Positions 57,203 to 64,000 of a stretch of 64,000 nucleotides of DNA are shown in pieces. How positions within the stretch are numbered: the stretch's first letter is position 1; each line of letters begins with the position of its first letter. The DNA comes from Elusimicrobiota bacterium (GTDB taxonomy: Bacteria; Elusimicrobiota; Elusimicrobia; UBA1565; UBA9628): assembly GCA_016191335.1 (NCBI GenBank), contig JACPOW010000010.1, positions 34,469 through 98,468 on the forward strand. The letters run 5' to 3'. Below the pieces are notes generated by a model. That model ran no database searches. It was not told the DNA's origin and saw nothing but the letters and a program-made list of their open reading frames with translations. Both the position numbers and the translations under genes were made by a program.

Positions 57203-58086
57203 ACCCCAAACCCACCCGAGAACTGCTCCCCGAACAGAGGACCGCCCTGCTCAAGAAGATCCGCGAGTCGCACGCCTACCTCAAGGCGTACGCCGACATG
57301 GACTTCATGGGCCGCAAGGACCTGCGCGCCGTCCGCCTCCAGCTCGAGCTCCTGAAGCCGGAGCTCATCCTGCGGGAGCACAAGATCCGCTCCACCATCG
57401 TCGTGTTCGGCTCCGCCCGCATCCTGTCGGGGGAGGAGGCGAGCCGCGCCTTGCAGGCCGCGAAGGAGACGCTCTCCGAGCGCCCGCGCGACGTCGAGCT
57501 CAAGCGCCTCGTCGCCGTCGCCGAGAAGAAGGTCGAGCTGTCCCACTGGTACGAGGAGGCGCGGCGCTTCTCGACCTTGCTCTCCAAGGCCCAGCAGGCG
57601 GGCCAGGACCTGGAGCACGTGATCGTCACGGGAGGCGGCCCCGGCATCATGGAGGCCGCCAACCGCGGCGCGTGGGAGTGCGGGGCGAAAAGCATCGGCC
57701 TCAACATCACCTTGCCGCACGAGCAGGACCCGAACCCGTACATCACGCCGGAGCTGTGCTTCCAGTTCCACTACTTCTCCCTGCGCAAGATGCACTTCCT
57801 GATGCGCGCCAAGGCGCTGGTCGCGTTCCCGGGCGGCTTCGGCACCCTCGACGAGCTCTTCGAGACCTTGACCCTCGTGCAGACGGGCAAGAAGCGCGCC
57901 CTGCCCATCGTCCTCGTCGGCAAGACCTTCTGGAAGCGGCTCGTGGACTTCGACTACCTCGCCGAGCAGGGCATGACGAACTGGGCCGACAACAAGCTCT
58001 TCAAGATGGTGGACACGGCCGAGGAAGGCTGGGACCACATCCGCAAGTTCTGGAAGTCCCACAAGGAGACGCTCGCGGCCTCATGA
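57199..58086 (+). CDS. LOG-family nucleotide phosphoribohydrolase (TIGR00730-like)
   Basis: VFGSAR, TGGGPGIMEAANRGA, RKMHF, PGGFGTLDE; ATG 57199. Confidence 0.92.
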   Translation: MNPKPTRELLPEQRTALLKKIRESHAYLKAYADMDFMGRKDLRAVRLQLELLKPELILREHKIRSTIVVFGSARILSGEEASRALQAAKETLSERPRDVELKRLVAVAEKKVELSHWYEEARRFSTLLSKAQQAGQDLEHVIVTGGGPGIMEAANRGAWECGAKSIGLNITLPHEQDPNPYITPELCFQFHYFSLRKMHFLMRAKALVAFPGGFGTLDELFETLTLVQTGKKRALPIVLVGKTFWKRLVDFDYLAEQGMTNWADNKLFKMVDTAEEGWDHIRKFWKSHKETLAAS

Positions 58087-59072
58087 TCGCGGGCGCCGCC
58101 CTCGCCGTGCTGCTCGCCGCGCCCGCAAGCGCGCTGTCGCCGTTCGTCGAGCAGCTCCGCAAGGCCGAGGCGCGCGACGCCGCCGACCCGGAGAGGGTGG
58201 AGTACGCGACGCGCGCCCTGCGCGCCTGGATGCCCGAGGACGGCCGCCCGCTGCTCGCCCACGCCCACTTCGCGCGCGCGGAGGGGGAGTCGGCCTTGTT
58301 CGACGACGCGGCCGCGGAGGAGGACCTCACGAAGGCGCTCGAAATCGACCCCCGCAACGAGCGCGCGATCCTCATGCGCGCCCGCGCGCGCGCGGCCCTC
58401 GGCCGCGGCGCCGAGGCCGAGCGCGACGCCCTCGAGTTCCTCTCCACGCGGCACGACGACCCCGAGGGCTGGCTCGCGCTCGGAGAGGCCCGCCTCGCCC
58501 AAGGCCCGGCGAAGTCCGACCGCGAGGCCCGCGCCGCCTTCGCCAAGGCGGCGAAGTTCCTCGGCTCCGAGGACCCGCGGCCGAGCCTCGGCGAGGGCCG
58601 CGCCTTCCTGTCGGCGCGCCGCCACCAGGAGGCCCTGGCCGCCCTGTCCGCCGCCGCCGAGCGCCCGCAGAAGCGCCGGGCCGAGATCCTGACCTGGCGC
58701 TCGCGCGCCTACTCCGCGCTCGGCGACTGGGAGGCCGCGCAGCGCGACCTGACCCGGGCCCTGCCGGACCTGGAGCGGACCCTCGACGAGCGCCGCCGCG
58801 CGGGCGCGGCCCCGCGGGGGCTCAACGCCGCCCGCGTGACCTTGGCCGACGCCTATTTCCGCCGCGGCCTCGCCAACGAGGCGCTCAAGGCCAAGGACCC
58901 GGCCCTGGCCGACCACCGCGCGGCCTGCGACCTCGGCCTGCGCCCGGCCTGCGCCCGCGTCGCGGCCCTCGAGAAGCCCGAGCCGAAGGCCGCGCCCGCG
59001 CCCAAGGCGAAGAAGGCCCCGCGCAAGAAGAACCCCAAGGGCGACGCCGGCGAGCGCATCTATGCGAACTAG
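58083..59072 (+). CDS. Exported TPR-like protein
   Basis: ATG 58083 overlaps the LOG stop; signal peptide; TPR-like helices; ACDLG...AC. Confidence 0.75.
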   Translation: MIAGAALAVLLAAPASALSPFVEQLRKAEARDAADPERVEYATRALRAWMPEDGRPLLAHAHFARAEGESALFDDAAAEEDLTKALEIDPRNERAILMRARARAALGRGAEAERDALEFLSTRHDDPEGWLALGEARLAQGPAKSDREARAAFAKAAKFLGSEDPRPSLGEGRAFLSARRHQEALAALSAAAERPQKRRAEILTWRSRAYSALGDWEAAQRDLTRALPDLERTLDERRRAGAAPRGLNAARVTLADAYFRRGLANEALKAKDPALADHRAACDLGLRPACARVAALEKPEPKAAPAPKAKKAPRKKNPKGDAGERIYAN

Positions 59073-60255
59073 TCTCCTCGCCCTGCTCTTAGCCCTGGCG
59101 CCCGTGTCGGCCCACGCGGGCGGGGCGAAGACGTCCCCGGCGGCCGAGGCGCAGCTCGACGCGGGGCTGACCGCGCTGTACAGCCTCGACTACGCCGAGG
59201 CCCGCCGCGCCTCGCGCAAGCTCATCGAGCTCGAGCCCGACAACCCCTTCGGCTACCTGTTCGAGGCCGGCGCCATCTGGTGGCAGGCCTCCCAGGAGTA
59301 CGGCCTGTTCAAGGACACCCCGACGCTCCAGGGACTCTTCGAGCAGGACATCGAGGCCGGCGTGCGCAAGGCCGAGGCGTACATCGACTCCAAGGACAAG
59401 CAGACCCGGGCCGACGGCTATTTCGTCTCGGGCATGACCCTCGGCACGCGCGGCCAGTGGAACCTCATGAAGGGGAAGTGGCTCGACGCCTACTTCGACG
59501 GGAAGAAGGCGATGAAGCACCTCAAGAAGTGCGTCAAGATCGACGACGAGTACGAGGACGTCTACCTCGGCCTAGGCGTCTTCGACTACCAGGCCGCGCA
59601 CCTCCAGGGCATCGCCAAGCTGGGCGTGCTGTTCGGCCTGCGCGGCGACGAGAAGCGGGGCCTGGAGCGCATCCAGCGCGCGGTGGACAAGGCCGGCTTC
59701 GCGCGGCGGCAGGCGGCGCAGATGCTGACCTCGATCTACCTCCTCGACCTGCACGACGACGCGCGCGCCCTGCCCCTGATCGAGGGCCTGCGCAAGGATT
59801 TTCCGGGAAGCCCCTACTTCCTCTTCCTCGAGGCGCTGGTCCGCCACCGCCTCGGCGACTGGGACGGCTCGCTGGCCGTCGGCCGGGAGCTGCACAAGAT
59901 CGTCGCCGCCGACCCGAAGGCCTTCCGCCACAAGTGGCTGACCTTGGCGTGCGGCCTGTCGGGCTCCGACTGCCTCGCCAAGGGGGAGATGGAGCGGACC
60001 TTGGCCTGGCTCGACCACGCGGTCGAGACGACGGCGAAGGAAAAGCCGGGCACCTTCCGGTCCTTGCTCCACCTCCTGCGCGGCGTGACGCTCGACGTGC
60101 TCGGCCGGCGCGACGAGGCGGTGAAGGACTATCAGCGCGCCGAGTTCCTGCCGCCGCTCGGGGAATCCCGGGAGATCGCCCGCGCCTGCCTGGCCGCGCC
60201 GTGCGACCGCGCCGAGGTGCTCAAGCGCCTGCGCGCGATGTCTAAGGAAGAGTAG
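59062..60255 (+). CDS. Exported TPR protein
   Basis: Signal peptide; LYSLDY...PDNPFGY, DVYLGLGVFDY, GDEKRGL. Confidence 0.8.
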   Translation: MRTSLLALLLALAPVSAHAGGAKTSPAAEAQLDAGLTALYSLDYAEARRASRKLIELEPDNPFGYLFEAGAIWWQASQEYGLFKDTPTLQGLFEQDIEAGVRKAEAYIDSKDKQTRADGYFVSGMTLGTRGQWNLMKGKWLDAYFDGKKAMKHLKKCVKIDDEYEDVYLGLGVFDYQAAHLQGIAKLGVLFGLRGDEKRGLERIQRAVDKAGFARRQAAQMLTSIYLLDLHDDARALPLIEGLRKDFPGSPYFLFLEALVRHRLGDWDGSLAVGRELHKIVAADPKAFRHKWLTLACGLSGSDCLAKGEMERTLAWLDHAVETTAKEKPGTFRSLLHLLRGVTLDVLGRRDEAVKDYQRAEFLPPLGESREIARACLAAPCDRAEVLKRLRAMSKEE

Positions 60256-60982
60256 GGGGGGCTTCGCCGCCGCCGAGGCCGCGCAGCTCCGCGATCTCGC
60301 GGCGCAGCGAAGCGCTCACGGCGGAGGCGCGCCGGATCGTCATCGTCATCCGCTCCCGCTCCGAGCGCCAGCGGTCGCGCTCGGTCTGCTGCTCGCGGGA
60401 CAGCTGCTCGGCCCGCGTGAGCGCCGCCTCGAGCCGGCGGGTCAGGCCCTGGATGTCGCCCTGGGCGCGGGCCTCGCGCGCGCCGGCCTCGGCGGCGGCG
60501 CGGTCGAGCGCGGCGTGGACCGAGCGCAGGTCCCGGCGCAGCGCGTCCTCCACCTCGCGGCGCGTCAGCTCGCTCTGCTCCACGGCCTCCTCGGCCTTGC
60601 GGCGCAGGGAGTTCAGGCGCACGAACTCCGCCTGCTGGATCGAGAGCCGTCCGTTCATCGCGGCCGCCTCCGCGGCGGCGGCCTGCTTGGCCTTCATCGC
60701 GTCAGCCTCGGCCTTCTGGACCCGCTCGGCCAGGGCCGGGTCGGGACGGGCCCCTTCGGAGCGGGCCAGCAGCTCCGCGCGCTCGCGCTCGAGCTCCCGC
60801 ACCCGCGCGTGGGCCGCCTCGAGCTCGCGGGCCTTGTCCTCCAGGGCGCGCCGCGCGGCGTCCAGCGCCGCGCTCAGGCCGGAGGGGTCCGCCGCGGGGC
60901 CGGGGGCCCCGCTCTCCCGGCGCAAGGCGGCCAGGGCCAGGGCCGCTCCCTGAAGGCTCCGCCGGGCTTCGTCGATTCCCAT
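60242..60982 (-). CDS. Coiled-coil protein
   Basis: E/R/A/L-rich heptad pattern; ATG 6 nt after TATGCT. Confidence 0.7.
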   Translation of the reverse strand: MGIDEARRSLQGAALALAALRRESGAPGPAADPSGLSAALDAARRALEDKARELEAAHARVRELERERAELLARSEGARPDPALAERVQKAEADAMKAKQAAAAEAAAMNGRLSIQQAEFVRLNSLRRKAEEAVEQSELTRREVEDALRRDLRSVHAALDRAAAEAGAREARAQGDIQGLTRRLEAALTRAEQLSREQQTERDRWRSERERMTMTIRRASAVSASLRREIAELRGLGGGEAPPTLP

Positions 60983-61046
60983 CCCCGAAGCATAGCCCTT
61001 CGGGCGGGGAAGGTGTTTACGATTCTGTTTCGCCTCCTTAAATAAC

Positions 61047-61078
61047 GCCTTGAATTTGTAACAGAAGGGCTCTATCCT
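61047..61078 (+). promoter_or_regulatory. Promoter TTGAAT-17-TATCCT containing the shared 17-bp motif
   Basis: Same GCCTTGAATTTGTAACA as 48017-48033. Confidence 0.65.
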
Positions 61079-61086
61079 TAGGGGGA

Positions 61087-61767
61087 ATGAGCGCGGACGA
61101 CAAGAACATGGATTGGCTGGGGAACCTGACCTGGCAAGGCTATCCCCGTCTCGCCCCGGTGCGGGACATGTCCGCCGTCCCGGACGCGCCGGACGCCCCG
61201 CGCCCCCGCAAGGGGAACGACGTGCGGGTCGAGACCTTGGCCCGGGAGAACGAGGCCCTGCGCGCCAAGCTCGACGCCATGGCCGGGCTCGCCGCCGAGT
61301 TCGAACGCCGCCTCTCCGAGGCCGCCTCCGCCTACGAGGGCGCCGCGCTGGAGTCGGATTCCGCGCGCCGCTCGACCGAGCTCGAGAACGCCCGCCTGGC
61401 CGGAGAGCTGGAGAGCGCCCGCGCCGAGCTCGCCCGCCGCGAATCCCGCGAGCACATCCGGGAATCCGACCTCGCGCTCGAGCGCGAACGCCGCGCCGAC
61501 GCGGAGAAGGCTCTCGTCGAGGCCCGGCGCCGCGTCAACGACCTGGAGGCCGATCTGGCCGCCGTCCGCAGCAAGGCGGGGGAGCTGTCCGGCAGCGTCG
61601 GCGAGCTGCGCCGCCAGGCCTCGGCGTCGCACGAGCGCCTCATGCAGGCCAAGACCCTCACCGACCAGGACGTTCAGATCCTGCGCGCCGAGATGCGGGA
61701 GTTCCTCGCCAAATTCCACCGGATCCAAGAGACGTTCGCCGAGAACCAGCCCGGAGAGAACCGATGA
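61087..61767 (+). CDS. Coiled-coil protein
   Basis: Long heptad region after a short N-terminal motif; stop overlaps the next ATG. Confidence 0.75.
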   Translation: MSADDKNMDWLGNLTWQGYPRLAPVRDMSAVPDAPDAPRPRKGNDVRVETLARENEALRAKLDAMAGLAAEFERRLSEAASAYEGAALESDSARRSTELENARLAGELESARAELARRESREHIRESDLALERERRADAEKALVEARRRVNDLEADLAAVRSKAGELSGSVGELRRQASASHERLMQAKTLTDQDVQILRAEMREFLAKFHRIQETFAENQPGENR

Positions 61768-62813
61768 AATACTGGACCTACATGAAGGGCGAGGTGCCCG
61801 GCAGCTACGAGCCCGAGGCCCTGGCCGCCCTTCCCGGCTTCACGATGACCACCCTCGTCTGCCCCGGAGAGGGGGAGATCGCCGAGAAGAACTGGCGCCG
61901 CGCCGGCGAGTTCGAGGACATCGTCCGCGCCCTCGACGCGCACCAGGCCATGACCCCGCCCTTCGCGCCCCTGGGAGCGCCCCCGACCTCCAACGACGTG
62001 GACGCCCTCCTCGACGGCGCGAGCACCCGCCTGTTCTCCCACGTCGCCGACCTCATGAAGGAGCTCGAGACGCGCCGCGACGAGAAGTCGCTCGTGACCT
62101 CCCTCCAGCGCCAGATCTCCGCCCTCAAGGCCGAGCTCGCCGCCGCCCGCGAGACCGCCACCATGCTCGAGATCCGCATCCCGCGCATCGCCGAGCTCGA
62201 GGAGGCCCTCAGCAAGAACCAGGCCGCCCTGGCCCAGGCCCAGGCCAACCTCGCCGCCCGCGAAGGCCAGCTCAGCGAGATCCGCATGGCCGCGGAGAAG
62301 ATGCGCGGCGAGCTCGACACGGCCAAGCGCCGCGCCCAGCAGTCGGAGGGGGACCTCGCGATCCGCAACCGCCTGGTCGACAAGCTCTCCAAGGAGCTCT
62401 CCGACAAGGAGCTCTCCTTGGCCAAGGCCCTCGGCGTGATCCGCCGCCTCGAGGAGGACCTCAACCGCCTTTGCCCGTCCCCGGAGCTGCTGCGGGCCGC
62501 CGCCGCCGAGCCCACGCCCGCGCCCCGTCCCGCTCCCGTCCGGGCCGCCCCACCGCCGCCGCCTCCGCCGCCCCCGGCCCCGGCCGCGCCCGAGGCCCCC
62601 GCTCCCGAGGTCGTCGAGCCCGTCGTCCGCCGCGTGCTCTCCGTCCCCGAGTTCAAGACGCCCGTCCCGCCGCCGCCCATCGGGACCTTCACCAACGACG
62701 ACCCGCCTCCCGCCCCGCCCTACCTCGAGCCCCAGCATCCGGCCGAGCAGCCCAAGGCCCAGGAGGCTCTCATGGGCTTCCTCCGGCGCGTCTTCCCCGG
62801 CCAGAACCACTAG
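61764..62813 (+). CDS. GYF_2-like domain, coiled-coil and Pro-rich tail protein
   Basis: MKYWTYMKGEVPGSYEPEAL...TLVC...W..AGEF; long coiled coil; polyproline tail; amphipathic C-terminus LMGFLRRVF. Confidence 0.75.
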   Translation: MKYWTYMKGEVPGSYEPEALAALPGFTMTTLVCPGEGEIAEKNWRRAGEFEDIVRALDAHQAMTPPFAPLGAPPTSNDVDALLDGASTRLFSHVADLMKELETRRDEKSLVTSLQRQISALKAELAAARETATMLEIRIPRIAELEEALSKNQAALAQAQANLAAREGQLSEIRMAAEKMRGELDTAKRRAQQSEGDLAIRNRLVDKLSKELSDKELSLAKALGVIRRLEEDLNRLCPSPELLRAAAAEPTPAPRPAPVRAAPPPPPPPPPAPAAPEAPAPEVVEPVVRRVLSVPEFKTPVPPPPIGTFTNDDPPPAPPYLEPQHPAEQPKAQEALMGFLRRVFPGQNH

Positions 62814-62907
62814 GCCGCCGGGCGTTCCCGCCCGTCCCCGACGGATGACCATCCGCCGGCCCCGCCCGCATCACCCTCGCCTCTGAACTGGCAGTCGAAC
62901 GATTCGA

Positions 62908-62963
62908 TTGACAACTTTCGGAGCCTCATGTTATAATTAGCACTAGATGGCGGCGAGTGCCAG
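62908..62963 (+). promoter_or_regulatory. sigma70 promoter and CIRCE element (HrcA operator)
   Basis: TTGACA 62908; TGnTATAAT with -10 at 62932; TTAGCACTA-n9-GAGTGCCAG at 62937-62963, upstream of groES. Confidence 0.92.
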
Positions 62964-63013
62964 TAAACTCCTCGCCGGAATTTAAGACGGTAAGATACCC
63001 GGAGGTAATTCAG

Positions 63014-63325
63014 ATGGCCGAAGCGACTCTCTCGAAAGTGAAGATCCAGCCCCTCGGCGACCGCGTGCTCGTCAAGCCCGTGGAAGCGAAGGAGACGAAG
63101 CGCGGCGGGATCATCATCCCGGACTCCGCGAAGGAAAAGCCGCAGGAAGGCATGATCGCGGCGTGCGGCAAGGGCAAGACGACCGAAGACGGCAAGGTGA
63201 TCGCGCTCGACGTCAAGGTCGGCGACAAGATCCTGTACGGCAAGTACTCGGGCTCCGAGATCAAGCTGGACGATGAGGATTATCTCATCATGCACCAGGA
63301 CGACATCCTGGGCATCCTGAAGTAA
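63014..63325 (+). CDS. groES: Co-chaperonin GroES
   Basis: [48 protein letters not shown]. Confidence 0.97.
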   Translation: MAEATLSKVKIQPLGDRVLVKPVEAKETKRGGIIIPDSAKEKPQEGMIAACGKGKTTEDGKVIALDVKVGDKILYGKYSGSEIKLDDEDYLIMHQDDILGILK

Positions 63326-63342
63326 AGCACCCCCATATATAG

Positions 63343-64000
<658 letters not shown>

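Overview
This is a very GC-rich bacterial chromosomal window from a diderm organism. The gene content (PorV-like barrel with YPNP-type cargo, lipoprotein caspase, giant secreted protein) suggests Elusimicrobiota or a similar lineage; that placement is inference only. In order: (1) 1-6.4 kb, a lower-GC cassette with a fibre-like secreted protein, a PorV-like barrel, an Ig/NHL protein with a T9SS-like C-terminal domain, and a tandem-receiver OmpR-type regulator. (2) 6.5-18.6 kb, a tightly coupled operon of MoxR, DUF58, BatA/VWA-DUF4159, a GATase-like protein and two DUF2723 (TMEM260-like) glycosyltransferases. (3) A ceramidase-like protein, GNAT, caspase lipoprotein, MDR oxidoreductase, exbB-exbD-tonB-like genes and a GAF histidine kinase. 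(4) A 3.7-kb integrase-less island inserted in tRNA-Ser(GCT). It duplicates the 5' half of the tRNA, has paired TGGTCAC arm-like sites, and carries an AbrB/Doc toxin-antitoxin pair plus decaying genes. (5) An outer-membrane protein, DUF962 and a DinG helicase. (6) A 3,834-aa secreted protein that appears to contain a beta-barrel followed by about six TolC-like half-repeats, in a block bracketed by two copies of a REP-like palindrome. (7) clpS, an aldo/keto reductase, a TPR protein, metF, an Omp85-family protein, a TPAT/TRAP transporter, LOG, TPR and coiled-coil genes, and CIRCE-controlled groES-groEL. Many genes look leaderless. All family calls are from motif recognition by eye; no database search was run.
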